A stretch of 64,000 nucleotides of DNA from Macrostomum hystrix (taxonomy: Eukaryota > Animalia > Platyhelminthes): positions 1,860,001 to 1,924,000 of the forward strand of contig CATNEN010000012.1 of assembly GCA_950097015.1 (NCBI GenBank). Reading direction: 5' to 3'. The translations under genes and the position numbers were made by a program. The notes under the pieces were generated by a model that was given only the letters and a program-made list of their open reading frames with translations, was not told the origin of the DNA and ran no database searches. The first letter of the stretch is position 1. Every line of letters begins with the position of its first letter. This document shows positions 12,295 to 26,000 of the stretch, piece by piece.

Positions 12295-12602
12295 CTCACC
12301 TCACTCCAACAGCCTCACTGCAACAACCACCTCACTCCAACAGCCACCTCCCTCCAACAGCCCCCCTCCAACAGCCCCCCTCCAACAGCCCCTCACTGTA
12401 ACAACCACCTCACTCCAACAGCCACCTCCCTCCAACAGCACCCCTCCAACAGGCCCTCACTGCAACAGCCCCCCTCCAACAGCCCCTCACTGCAACAACC
12501 ACCTCACTCCAACAGCCACCTCCCTCCAACAGCACCCCTCCAACAGGCCCTCACTGCAACAACCACCTCCCTCCAACAGCCCCTCACTCCCACAGCCACC
12601 TC
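12295..12602. repeat. acagccacctcactcc / acagccccctcc array (copy 3)
   Basis: Same motif family as 5485-5785 and 6395-6612. Confidence 0.85.
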
Positions 12603-12715
12603 AGTTCTCTCCCCCCAATCTCTATCTATATTCTCTTATAGTGCAGATACTGATAAGCTAGGCAGAGAATGCTGCAGAGAAATATTTTTTTCTAATCTGT
12701 GTAAAGCTCCTAAGC

Positions 12716-12927
12716 TCATAAGCTAGGCCATAAGCTAGGCCATAAGCTAGGCCATAAGCTAGGCCATAAGCTAGGCCATAAGCTAGGCCATAAGCTAGGC
12801 CATAAGCTAGGCCATAAGCTAGGCCATAAGCTAGGCCATAAGCTAGGCCATAAGCTAGGCCATAAGCTAGGCCATAAGCTAGGCCATAAGCTAGGCCATA
12901 AGCTAGGCCATAAGCTAGGCCATAAGC
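12716..12927. repeat. Perfect 12-bp minisatellite, about 17 copies
   Basis: Unit taagctaggcca, with no variant units seen. Confidence 0.97.
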
Positions 12928-14331
12928 TTTTGTCATGAGCTCCACTTGGTTGCCAGTAGGCACCGAATGTTGAGATGATGCAGTCATTTAATGACTGTCA
13001 GGTATTCGGCTTTGTCAATAGCCTCTGTGTAATTTTTGCTAGCCTAATAATATGTAATAACTTGAGTCCAATAATTCAGTTTCAGCAGTCTTCAGTGCTA
13101 GGGCAGTGCCTGTACAAGTCAGTATTTCAGGCCAATCTAAAGTAATAAACAAAGAATTGCCAAAACAATATCGTTACAAAATTTGTTTGTGAAGGAAAAC
13201 ACAATGGATGCACCAGAGCTGGAGTTTTCACACTCTCGCTTGTAAAGTAAAAAGTAGCTTTTTAATATATCACTAAGCAAGTAGCCTGTATTTAAAAAAT
13301 AATAAACATATTTTGTTCGGTCCTTCTGTGTCTAGCAAGTTGAAGGGAAATCAGTATGAGCAGTTTCTGCTAGAAAAATCTGGCCAGCATTGACAAGGAA
13401 AGAACAAAAAAACTGACAAGGTAATTGAAGCGGCCAGTCGAATGACATTTCATTTCTTACTATTGCATTTTCCTATTGGTCTAGACATAGGCGTTGTGTC
13501 ATCACAACTCTGATTCTACGGTGGCGGACGGTGGAGACCAGTGTGAAACGATAGACAAAATAACCAAAGCAAATTTGAATCTTAGCAAAAAATTCTCGAC
13601 ATACTACTACTAACTGAAATTAGTGGCGTAGCCCGGACTCACATCTATAACAATCACAAATCTGTGAGGAAATTGATTGAGGACAAAACAAATAGACAAA
13701 TAAAAATACAAATATATATTCTGGTTAAAAAAATCATCAAAATCGGGGAGGTTAATAATCCGGTTCGATAAAGCAAATTAAAAACTTTTGATTAAAATAA
13801 ACAAAAAATTCGTACCAGACGATGTTTGTCGGTCTAGTCAGTCCTAGCATTTATATGAACAATGATAGAAAATAATAGAATTTATTTGTTACTTCAAAAT
13901 TATCTATAGCAGTTTAGACATTCTGCTAACAAGAAAGTTCGAAAGTTCGTTTCTTTAAGCCTTAGGTCTATCTTCTTTTGCTTTACTTTTGTGGCGCGAA
14001 TTTGAACTGTACGTGCGGAGCTAAAAAAAAAGATTTTGGACTCCGCGATAAGAAAATAAATAGAGACACGCATAAACTGAAAATAGCTCAAAGTATTGTA
14101 CAGAAACTAATAATCATAGCATCAGTTTGTTTTACAACCAAATTTTACATAAAAGCGACATCGATAAGCCCGAAAAAAAACAAATTTCTACTCGTCGAAA
14201 AGCTGAAATCTTCCGAACAAAGCGAGTGCTGCTATTCTATCGCGAAATAAGGTCCATTGGTTGCTATGGAAACGGTTACTAGTCTCACTGCAGGCGGCAG
14301 TTAGTGTGTTGCTACAGGGCGTACACTGCAT

Positions 14332-17300
14332 TCAACGCTGTTTCATCTCGTAGAACAGCACGTAGCCCTGCGGACTGACCACATCGGACTCTGAGCTGCG
14401 GCTAACCGTTGAATCGTTGAATGCCAGCCAACGGTCTGTGGAATAGGCGTGGCGCACAATGGCCGTGTAATGACCGCCCTGCGGCGTGCCGGAGTGCTGG
14501 CTGACAGCGTACAGGCTGTACATGGCCGGCTGCTTGCCGGACCGACCTGGGAGGGGAGCGGGTTATAAAGTTTTATAAAGTGAATAAACTGCGGGTTGAA
14601 GGGATAAAAATGAGGATTAAAGTGAATAAAATGCGGGTTGAAGGGATAAAAATGAGGATTAAAGTGAATAAAATGCGGGTTGTAGGGATAAAAATGAGGA
14701 TTAAAGTGAATAAACTGCGGGTTGAAGGGATAAAAATGAGGATTAAAGTGAATAAAATGCGGGTTGAAGGGATAAAAATGAGGATTAAAGTGAATAAAAT
14801 GCGGGTTGAAGGGATAAAAATGAGGATTAAAGTGAATAAAATGCGGGTTGAAGGGATAAAAATGAGGATTAAAGTGAATAAACTGCGGGTTGAAGGGATA
14901 AAAATGAGGATTAAAGTGAATAAACTGCGGGTTGCAAGGATAAGAATGGGGATTAAAGTGAATAAACTGCGGGTTGCAAGGATAAAAATGAGGATTAAAG
15001 TGAAAAAACTGCGGGTTGCAAGGATAAGAATGGGGAATAAAGTGAATAAACTGCGGGTTGAAGAGATAAGAATGGGGATAAAAGTGAATAAACTGCTGAT
15101 TGAAGGGATAAAAATGAGGATTAAAGTGAATAAACTGCGAGTTGAAGGGATAAGAATGGGGATTAAAGTGAATAAACTGCGGGTTGAAGGGATAAGAATG
15201 GGGATTAAAGTGAATAAACTGCGGGTTGAAGGGATAAGAATGGGGATTAAAGTGAATAAACTGCTGGTTGAAAGGATATAAATGAGGATTAAAGTGAATA
15301 AACTGCGGGTTGAAGGGATAAGAATGAGGATTAAAGTGAATAAACGGCTGGTTGAAAGGATATAAATGAGGATTAAAGAGAATAAACAACATGTAAAAGA
15401 AATTGAAATTAGGATTGAAGGGATCAGCTATAACTAAATGGATTATAATTTGGACTATTGAGAAAACGGATTGCAAAAGACGATGAAAAGGGCATCAGAA
15501 GCTTTAAAGAATAAGAGAAAAAATGTAATGTTACTTCGAGATAAAGTGACAAAAAATGTAGAACAAAAGAGATTTCTTATTTAAAAAAGACAAGGCCACA
15601 TAAACTTGGACCTACTCTTATCGACATAACTTGATAGGTCCAGCTCCAATGGATAGTCAACAAGCGTATTTAGCTTAGTCTTGAATCGATCGCCAGAGAA
15701 GCGCATCAGATGGATCACCAGTATCTGGGGCAGGCGGTACAGACAGAAGCTTTTCAGGCACCGCCGGCGCGCGTGACAGGCGTCACACTTTGGCCGCTCG
15801 TTGCCGTCCAGGGCTTCCTCAGCTGCGAATAGGTCCAGGCAGGCGTTCAGGCTCGTCCTGGTGCCCTGCTCAAAGTCAGCGGCATCGAGACGGAGTCAGA
15901 TCACTGAGCTGCCTGTGTGACAATGTCGATCTACCCCTCAGACTAGCCAGTTCTATCTACCCCTCAGACTAGCCAGTTCTATCTACCCCTCAGACTAGCC
16001 AGTTCTATCTACCCCTCAGACTAGCCAGTTCTATCTAACCCTCAGACTAGCCAGTTCTATCTACCCCTCAGACTAGCCAGTTCTATCTACCCCTCAGACT
16101 AGCCAGTTCTATCTACCCCTCAGACTAGCCAGTTCTATCTACCCCTCAGACTAACCAGTTCTATCTACCCCTCAGACTAGCCAGTTCTATCTACCCCTCA
16201 GACTAACCAGTTCTATCTACCCCTCAGACTAGCCAGTTCTATCTACCCCTCAGACTAGCCAGTTCTATCTACCCCTCAGACTAGCCAGTTCTATCTACCC
16301 CTCAGACTAGCCAGTTCTATCTACCCCTCAGACTAGCCAGTTCTATCTACCCCTCAGACTAGCCAGTTCTATCTACCCCTCAGACTAGCCAGTTCTATCT
16401 ACCCCTCAGACTAGCCAGTTCTATCTACCCCTCAGACTAGCCAGTTCTATCTACCCCTCAGACTAGCCAGTTCTATCTAACCCTCAGACTAGCCAGTTCT
16501 ATCTACCCCTCAGACTAGCCAGTTCTATCTACCCCTCAGACTAGCCAGTTCTATCTACCCCTCAGACTTCCAGTTATAGCTACCCCTCAGACTAGCCAGT
16601 TCTATCTACCCCTCAGACTAACCAGTTCTATCTACCCCTCAGACTAGCCAGTTCTATCTACCCCTCAGACTAGCCAGTTCTATCTACCCCTCAGACTTCC
16701 AGTTATAGCTACCCCTCAGACTAGCCAGTTCTATCTACCCCTCAGACTGTCCAGTTTTCTAGACACCGATTTTTTAACACCATTGTTAAAAAAATGTATG
16801 ATTAAACTCTCTACTAATTTTTGGCAACATCATATTGGGTCACCTTAGGAATTGGCAGAGCCAGATCCCAGAAAGGATCAAAAGTGGTTGACTTGTGCTG
16901 GCAGTAGCAGCACAGCAGAGTTGACTTCAATTGGCCAACAAATATGTCCACGATCGGACTGTTCTCAATCTTATTGTAGCGCTCCCAAAGCAGCGAGGAT
17001 TTCTCAGAGTCTCTGCAAATATGAAAAAGTCATCACCAATTGATATCGAAATTTGTTAATCTCCTACTTACCATCCTACTTCACCAGAAAGTCCAATTAC
17101 CATCCGATCACCCACTATAATATCCACAAATTACCATACTAATACCCACCAGATCCCTAAATGTATAGTAATATTAATAATAATTGATTTCCTTGCCCCA
17201 ATCGCGCCAGATGTTCAGTCGACAGCACAGCCGCATCTGAAGGCTGCGTACTACTGTTCAGTCCATGGACTGGAGGGACGCCACACTCATCCTCAATTAC

Positions 17301-18409
17301 CCCAGCTAATGCTGGTAACAATTTAACAGCTGGGTGGACTGAAGCAACGCAGAGTTAAGTGTCTCGCTAAGGTACACAAATTGTTCAGGTGGAGTCGGGA
17401 ATCGAACCCCAGACCTTCAAGTCATGAGTTCGACGCTCTAACCCCTAGGATACAACACCTTTTAAATTATCATCCATTTTAATTTTGCTAGTTTTGTCTA
17501 CGTCTTTTTCCAGATCATAAAATCAATATTCTTTAAGTGTTAGGCACAGCGGCATGCTCACTTCATCTGATCGAGTTTCTGATAATCGATAGGCGGCAGT
17601 CTGGGCCGACGATCGCCGCTTCCAACACGCGACAGATCCTGGTGCAGGCCCTCTAGCAGGTAGCGCAGAAACTCCTGCGCGTCCTGCTGGCCGGAGCCGC
17701 GAAATCTCGGCGCAAATTTGGCAACTCCGGAGCGCAAATCGTTGGGCGAAACTGCGCCACTGGTGCCGCTGCTCCACATGTCGCGCATCAGCCGCTTGTA
17801 GGCCGCCGCCAATCTGCCAATTGGCTGATCGGTAGAATCGGAGCTGCCACGCAACAGCAGCTCCAGTAGGGGGCGGGTGTGACTGAGGCACTGCACTATG
17901 CTGTTCATGTAGCAAGTGTTGCCAAGATTGCTAAGCCCAACTAGGCCGCGTTCCAGCATGCTGAGGGAGCCGCGGCGGCCGCTGCTTACCCGAGAAGTGG
18001 TATTGCTGCCGTTTAGATAGCCAGACGGATGGCGACCGATGGAAGACTTCTGCTGCTGCTGCGTGGCTTGGCCATTCGGTGTAGGCAGACGTCGAGGCGG
18101 CGTCTGCGCCACTGGCACAAAATGGCCGTTGCTGGTGCCAACGACAGAATTAGCTGCGGCGCCGCCGTTAATGAAGCCAGTGGATTTGGCGCGCTGCTTG
18201 CTAAGCCGACTATTTGTCGTCGCCGACGCAGCCGCAAGAGACTTCTGGTGCAACTGGGGCAGAGGCGGTCGAGACGCCATAGCCAACACAGGGCGCTTTG
18301 CATGAGTGTTTGGCTGAGTGTACTGATAAACTGTGGATCTGGCATAAGCATCTGTGGCTGCTGAAAAACTGAGTCGACCAGATCGACCAACACTACTGCC
18401 AGTAGCCAT
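14332..18409 (-). CDS. USP2/USP21-like ubiquitin carboxyl-terminal hydrolase
   Basis: Exons 18409-17562, 17012-16844, 15865-15616 and 14546-14332, all GT-AG and in phase. Motifs: Cys box GLSNLGNTCYMNSIVQCL, QQDAQEFLRYLL, DIFVGQLKS, FDPFWDLALP, His box HSGTPQGGHYTA, FNDSTV and GYVLFY. Confidence 0.93.
14576..15385. repeat. 42-bp minisatellite, about 19 copies, in last USP intron
   Basis: Unit gtgaataaactgcgggttgaagggataaaaatgaggattaaa. It explains ORFs 14343-15476 and 14580-15281. Confidence 0.96.
15929..16752. repeat. 26-bp minisatellite, about 31 copies, in USP intron 2
   Basis: Unit ctacccctcagactagccagttctat. Confidence 0.97.
17165..17462 (-). mobile_element. SINE family A (tRNA-derived head) in USP intron 1
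   Basis: The minus strand reads A-box-like cctaggggttagagcg and B box ggttcgattccc, then a core gtgtaccttagcgagacacttaactctgcgttgcttcagtccacccagctgtt and an AT-rich tail. It is homologous to 46000-46325. Confidence 0.85.
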
Positions 18410-21183
18410 GGTTCAATTGTAGTCAGCCCAAGCTACGATATTGTAGTGGAATAAAATAATTTTTATGTGGTATGTACTGCTGGGAGAATATTCTCTCAAC
18501 CAGAATTGAATTGTTTTTGTCTACATCATTCTGTAGATACCTGAAAAAGTATGCATTAGTTGGTTCTTTTGTGAATTGTTTAGAACAAAAGAAAACCACC
18601 AACTGGCTTGATGTTATAAGATAGGTAATTATTATTGTAACAAGTATAAACACTATTTCCCTTTCGTAACTAAAAAACCATGAATATGCTTTTGAGTTTT
18701 TTCTTTATAAATCTATATATATAAAAAGAAAAGTTTAGCTACTCAAGCTAGTTATTTAAAAATTTCATATTTAATCCAAAGGCTTTTTATATTATTCTAC
18801 AACTATTTCTTTGAAACAATAATTATTAAATATATTATTAAATATTTATTCACACATTTGAATATGTAAAAATCAAATAAGAAAACTGCTGCAGAGAGTA
18901 TAAATTATAATAACATTATAGATCAACAATTCACAAATATGGTCATTTAAATTGCGAGATTTATTTAGCAAACAACTTGATAGAAAAAAATTAAGCTTAC
19001 TAAGAACAAGGCCATTACTATATATAGTGCAGATGCTTATCTTGAACAATGATTACATATGCCAAATAGATTAAACGCTTTTGCAAAAAACGAAAGACTC
19101 ACCAACCACAAATCACAATGTCTACCTAAAAAAATTAAATGCATAGCTACAGCAAAGTAAACATAAAAACGATAATACATTTAAGTATATATAATATATA
19201 ACTTATTTTTATAACAGGAAGACTTGATAACAAGTTAAGTCGAATACAAATAAATTAAAACCTGTATTCGTAGAATTTCCTAATGTCATTGCCAATTAAA
19301 AAACCCATGCATGTCTCTATGTTTTGTGTATGTTTCACTCAGTTGAATTTGTTGTAGATTAACGTTTTATTATAAAAAGGCTATAAAAACTTTTTTTGGC
19401 ATTTTTGCGACTCAGATTGAGCAATTTTGTTATACAAAGTAAAAAATACAAAATTTAAATATTCTTCATTTATCGCAGACTCATAGAAAGAACTTTAAGT
19501 CCTGTTAACTCGAGAAAGAGACGCAAGCGTAGAGCGGAAAACTTATGAAAATAAATTGAGATTTTTAAGAAATGTGGCTAAAAAGACACATTATTACACT
19601 GAAGCAATGATATCTTTTTAGCTACTTTTTAAGAAATGTAATTTATCCGAATTTTATATACGATTTCATATTTCCATAATATTTCCACAATGCACAATAT
19701 CATTTACGCATCCGTATATACGAAGTCACGAATACGAAATAAAATTGTACATCGCAACGAAATTATTTACTTGTTGAAATTCAATTGTCATCACGTTTCC
19801 CACGCACTTCAAAGTCATTGATATTGGACTCAATTTAGGACTCGGGATGGTCTAGCAATGCCTCCAGAGTCCTGTTTGTATCAAACAGCCTACGATTTAA
19901 AGAAAATTTAAAGAAAGAAAGAATTTTAAGAAAATGCTGTCTTTTTGTTTCGTTATCATTTTCCCCTCTCTCCTTCCTGTCAATTTTTTAATACTAACAG
20001 CAAGGTCTGCATTTGAATGTTACAGAGAAACACTAGCACTAGTGCCAATTTTTCACTTTTGTTAAACTCATCAAAAAGTACAATGTCAAGGCACGATCAT
20101 GGCTGCAGTGGCATGGAACTGTATCAGTTTGACCAGTGGCTCACCTGCAAAAAGTAATTCCATTTTTTATTTGCTCTAGGAGCAAGGGAGTCAGGTAGCT
20201 TAGTTTGTCTCTATTTTGTCCATTGAAACGCAGACACGTGAAAGGGGAAGTACAGTAAGTGCCCTAACATGTGCAAATTTATGCCAAACTCTTTATGCAT
20301 ATGCATATACGACATGACAACCAATTTTAGCATCCGACAACACTAATTCCAGAAATTTTATTCATATCTTACACAGCGATTTTACCAAACCATAACAAAG
20401 TTATTAATATTGACACAAATTTAAAGTGTATAAATTAAAATATTTTTAATGTTATTGCGGTTCAGGTGGTGGAAGCTAGTGCTCGCGAGAAATCAATGAG
20501 CACCAATCAGCATAAATTTATCATGAAAAGTTGGCGTATTTACAGGCTTTTACTTACCTATGCGCTCTCTGGACAATTATGGGCCCTTAAAGTGCAAATC
20601 AGTTAGTGATACGAGATGGAAGATGGAAGAAGCAATAAAAAATGTCAGCTACGCGAATGATTTCTGGCCATATCTAAAGTAAACTTGCTTATTTAGCGGC
20701 GCATTAATAAAGCCCTGTGCTTTGATGCTTGCAATCAACTGCGAGGAAAAACAAACAGGCAGACACAAGCCTGATTGTCAGAAGGCGTCAATTCAATTAG
20801 CCTATCAGGTTTCTCACTTAAACGCCGCTCTCCGCTTTGGTAATTAGCGAATATTGCACTCGTCTAATTCCGGCAATCAAATTCAGTAATGTCCATTGTC
20901 AATAAAGTACATTGCCAACTCATCTTGGGGATAGGAATGTCATAGAAACTGTTCCTGACGTCCAAATCCAATCATTGAAGCCAGATGCCGCGCTGGCACA
21001 ATTCTGACAGGGCGATCCGGGGCTCCGTGTTTACACTAGATAGCGGCCCCAACTCATAGAGAACGCTTTTCATATAAGTTTGCTTCCCGAAGTTTAGGCA
21101 TTACCTATTATAGCCTCTGCAGCGATTGGCTCTTAATCAATGCAGTGCTTTCAGGCATTAAGCTGGAAGTTATAGCCAGAGCT

Positions 21184-23053
21184 ATGAATCCTTTCCGGAG
21201 CGAGTCGGCTTCTGCGAATGAGCCGAGGACCATGCACACTGACTCCGATACAGATCAACTGGACGACATCTGGAATCACATCAGCGAAGACGAATGGCCT
21301 CTATTAGTGAAATGCATGGTGAACGACGAAGTCGACCATCTCAAGGCGTTCTCCAACCGCGTCAACTGGCCCGCCTTCCTGCGCAGTCACGACGCCGGGC
21401 GTCGCAAGCGCCAGTGCCCAGCGCAGTTCAGAACCTACGAGGAGGAGGTGCGCATTCAGAAGTACCTGGCCAGGCACCCCTTTGCCACTAATCCCTTCCT
21501 CATGGCTGTGATGTACCACGCCAAGCGTTGCTGCAAGCTGATGAAGCAGACCAGCGGTCTCGACCTGTCTGACATTACCGAATACGGCTTTAATGCCTAT
21601 CACGTACTGTTCTCGGGCCTCACCATTTTGAAGACTGGCAAAAAGTTTCGCGGCTCGCGTCGCAAGACCTACGCGGCGGATTATCTGCGCTACTACCTGC
21701 GCGACTTCTTCACAAGGGAGCAGGTGGCGAAGCTGGCCGGCAAGCGAAACTGCTTCCAGATGGCGCCCCTTGACTGGGGCATCTACTGCGGCTTCATTGG
21801 CTGGGTGGACCACCTAATGTACCGCTCGCATTTGAGTGTGCTCAGCTGTGAGGTGTCCGGTCTAATGGAACACGTGCAAATGGACTTGTCCTTTACGGTG
21901 TCAAACGGGCCAGAGAGATTGCTCACCGCTATGCCAATCATGGCCGATTTTTACGGCGAGTCCAAAGTGAGCGAGCTGAAGAAGGCCCAAATCTTCCGCA
22001 AGCCGCTGATTATCGGCCCATGGATTGACGCCTTCTATGCGCGACACCGGTGGACACTGGCGGTTCTGTACGGCGAGAAGGTGCTCAACCTGCTGCTAAC
22101 TATCGTCACACTGAACTCTAATTTTCGCCAGTATGTGCTTGGCGCCTGTAGTAGCCCCGGTGCCAGCCTGCCCGGCATTGTGTACGTGCTGAGCTTCGCT
22201 CTAACTGCGCACGTGCTCATGCTGTGCTTGGTCATTGTTGGCAAGTACCGCAAGGAGCACTATCGCAGGGCCAATGAGCTATCCTAAAAGGCCAAGGCAA
22301 ATGGACTGGGACGGCCTTGGCCTGGTTGCTGCCGACTTTGCTTCTGATCCCCACAATATTCCTGCTGATAGTGCTGCTCACGACGCCCCAGCTGATTTGC
22401 AACTCGGCCCTGGGATCCGGCAGCTATAGACCTTTGGTCGGTTGCCTGCTGCTCCTGCTCATAATCAACCTGCTGCTTTCGATTTTAACTCCCAGTCGCC
22501 TGATACCAATTGTTTCCAAGTTCTTCACAAGTTTCTATCGCAGTCTGGCCATGTTTTCAAACTTCCTCATCGTCTACCTACTGATGATACTGGATCTTCT
22601 CTCGCCTATTCGACATCTCCTCGCGGGCTGACTCTCTCAGCGGATCTGCCAACGCCACGAGGTCTGGAGCGGCTACTAACTTCTTCTACTCCTTCTATAG
22701 CAGCTTTCTAGTAACGCTGAATGTGTTCGACAGCGGAGAATTTCCAGCCCAACACGGACAGGGCCGACCTTCTGGTGACACACATGGCCTTCATCCTGCT
22801 AATGCCTGTCATGTTCATCAATTTTGTCATCGGTGTGTTGTCCTCTGTGGTCGGCTCAACAATGGATCACGATATTGAATGCCGCTACCTGATGAAACTG
22901 TGCTTTGCCGAGTTTTGCGAGAACTCCTTCTTCTGGTTGTACCGGGCGTGGGAGCGGGTGACCGGCCGGCGGGCATCGCTGGTGATTTGCCTCTGCCGGC
23001 CAGTCAGCCGGGGCAGCAGGTCGATTCTGATGGAAAAGCGGCACCTGCAGTGA
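21184..23053 (+). CDS. Intronless TRPV-like (ankyrin plus 6-TM) channel, interrupted by three 1-bp indels
   Basis: The frames join at about 22281, 22593 and 22741 into a protein of about 620 aa with no internal stop. It has ankyrin-like NPFLMAV, YGFNAYHVLF and RNCFQMAPLDWG...VDHLM, several hydrophobic helices, a pore-like FYSFYSSFLVTLNVFDSGEF and an S6-like FILLMPVMFINFVIGVLS. It is either an intact gene with consensus errors or a young pseudogene. Confidence 0.6.
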
Positions 23054-26000
23054 CAACTGCAGCTCTTGGCACATCAAGAATCTACTGCAGAGTAGTTAAG
23101 AGCTTAATCCATTAAGAATACAACATCATAGAGCATCATGTGAGAATGAAGGATATAGCCATGACCCATGTATAATCTATGCACAATTGGTTATTTGAGC
23201 CTATTATTCTGTTACAGATATACGCTTATAATTAAGTGGTATAGTACAGGTGTAAATGGATATGAAAAAAACGAATATTAAAAAAGAAAACTCTGAAAAT
23301 AAAAGTTAAATTGAAAAATAATATGCTAGAATTGGAAAGCTGAAAATTATTACACTGTCTTAATTAAATATCCTTGCGCTATGCTATTTTTACTTTCCAT
23401 AGAGATATTTGCGAAACAGCTAGGAAATCAAGAAAAAGACTGCTTCCTATATACTCGAGATTATTCGTTCAATATTATTGTTTTTTGTAAGCTGATTTTA
23501 GCGTTCGTTTTACATCACAAAACGATCAAAATCAGGAAAATGTGGCTTTTCTAGATCCGTTTTCAAAATCTCGATATAGCCACAGAACAAGTCTCTAGTA
23601 ATTTTGCTTATAGTAACTGTTCTATCAACTTACACCGCAGTTATCGATTGCATGGACACAATCGTATTAAACAGAATGTTTTTATTGTTATCGCATTAGC
23701 CGCGATAATAAAGCATCCGTTGCGTAAAAACAAAGTTTAGTAAAACAATGCATATATTTAGTACCAAGATAGATTTTTTTATTGAGACAATGATGATGTC
23801 AATAGTCTGGTTTGTGCAAATTGTAACCCATTCAAAAATTATTCAAAACAGAGTAAATTTTTTAAAGAAAATAATGAGTTATTTTCAATTGTATGTTTCA
23901 AGACCTTCAGTAATTTCAACTTTGAAATAGTCAAGTGTCAAGTGATTACTTTAACTCATATAATAGTTTTTCAAGTGTTTCTTGTTGTATTTTTTTACTG
24001 TACTTGGATTTTAATGGCCATTAATTATACGTAGAAGGTTATTATGGAAAAATCTCAGGAACAAGATTCCGATTTTTCAATAGACATACTTGAACAAATT
24101 GGCTTGAAAGATTCGTTTCCTACAAACTACATTGGTGAAACTTCTCGACAGCTAAAAAATCTGTAAGAGCATTGTTTTGCTGTTGAATTTTTGCACTTAA
24201 AACAGAAATATCACTGTAAGCTTTTACTTATTTACTCATGTCGAATAGTATTTTGAATTGTAGACATGTGACAACTAGTCGACCGACTCTTGGCATTCAT
24301 GTGCATTGTTAAACTCCTTTGCTTCAGATTCCAAAAAATTAAAGTTGAAATTTATGAAATTATAAAATATCTAAAGTTATATAATGTTTTTAATATTCTT
24401 TTGAAACTGATGGTTTCAGTAAGCTATTATTATTTTTTTATCAAGTCTATCTATTAATTTTAGTTCTATTCCAACATATATGGTATCCAACTTTTTAAGT
24501 ATGATAATTAAATTTTTTGTTACTTCAAAACCTGAGGCCAATATATATATTTTTAGAGAAACAAAGGTAATATTAATATTAACTGTTATCCCATAACTGT
24601 ACTTTTATAGCAAAAATGTTTCCTTGAATTGGGTTGATTTTAATTTGGTATACTATACTTTAAATAAAATTCATATACGGGAATTTGTTTGAGAGAAATA
24701 TTAGCCAGCTATAGTCATTATTTCCAATTTACTTTATTATAAAATTTTTGAGCTATCTGATCTAGAACTGAGCAATATGTTTTGCTTTAATTTGATTCTA
24801 TTAATATTTATAGAGTCTAAAATATCAAATAAATTTAAGAGTGGCAGTTTAAAATTCACTGAAATCTAAATTGTTTGTTATTTTTTAGTTGCCATATCAT
24901 CAAAACCTAAGGGTATCTACTTATATTACTTTATCCTATGGATGACGACATGTTTTTTCAGCCATCAAAAGAGTAGTAGTGTATAAAAGTAAAGTCCATA
25001 AAAGTAAGCAATACTTTGAATTTAATCCTAGGCTAGTAATAGCATCTCATTTTGTATATGTACCATATTTTAATGCCACAACAGTGTAGGAGTTTTTTAT
25101 TGTTACAAGTTGTGAATCATAATAATGTGGCAACTGACTTGATAACAAACTACTAAACTGCAAGTGCATCAATTAAACTTTTAATGATTTAGGTAGTCAT
25201 TATATTAATAACCTAAAATGCATACATAAAAGTTATAAGCATATTACTAAAACAAGAAAGGCTTAGCATTTTTCAGTTTTTTACTTTGGTTAGGACGTTT
25301 GTTTCGAAATTTATCAATGATGTGTAGTGAAAGCCTACTTCACTTACTAGCATAAAAACATCTTGCATATGCTTTTAAGTTTTTAGAATACAGCCTATCT
25401 AGCTATAGTATCAATACCAATGTAAGTCTTTAGAGTTCATCTATTGAAAAAGTCTTATTGCTTTTATGTAAGCTACATTTTGTTGGTTTTTAGATTATGC
25501 ATATTTTAACTTATTGGAAATATTTTTGTTAAAATATCATAACCTAATAATAACACTGATAACATTATGCACCATTGTGTTTTGAAATACATAGTTGTGG
25601 ACATCCTATTTTGCATTACTTTTAGAGGATCACACAGCCAGTCTGTTGATCAAGTATGGTCATCATTAAAGACCACTGTTAAATCTGTGTCTGAGTCCAT
25701 ATCAGACACTGTTAATATGGAGCCTCCAGGTATATGAAAATGTGACTGCCCTAGTCTATAACTAGTTATTGTCTTGTCTTCCTACATGTTAAGATTAAAT
25801 GATGCTTTTTAGTTGTTTAGCAACTCTTTGTAGCCCATATTGTTTTAAAATGACTCTGGTTAAAATGCACAAACCAATTCCAACACTGTATTAAGACTAG
25901 TCTGCTTGTGTAGTAGTACCTCTGAGTATGCCAATAACATATTTACTGACAAAATTTTACTATTTCGATTGAGTTCGATCGACTGCCACAGTTTTTAGTA

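Noticed and set aside
14343-15476. 377-aa His/Pro/Phe-rich ORF overlapping the USP last exon
   Set aside because: It is the 42-bp intronic array read through. The true exon starts at 14546 in a different frame.
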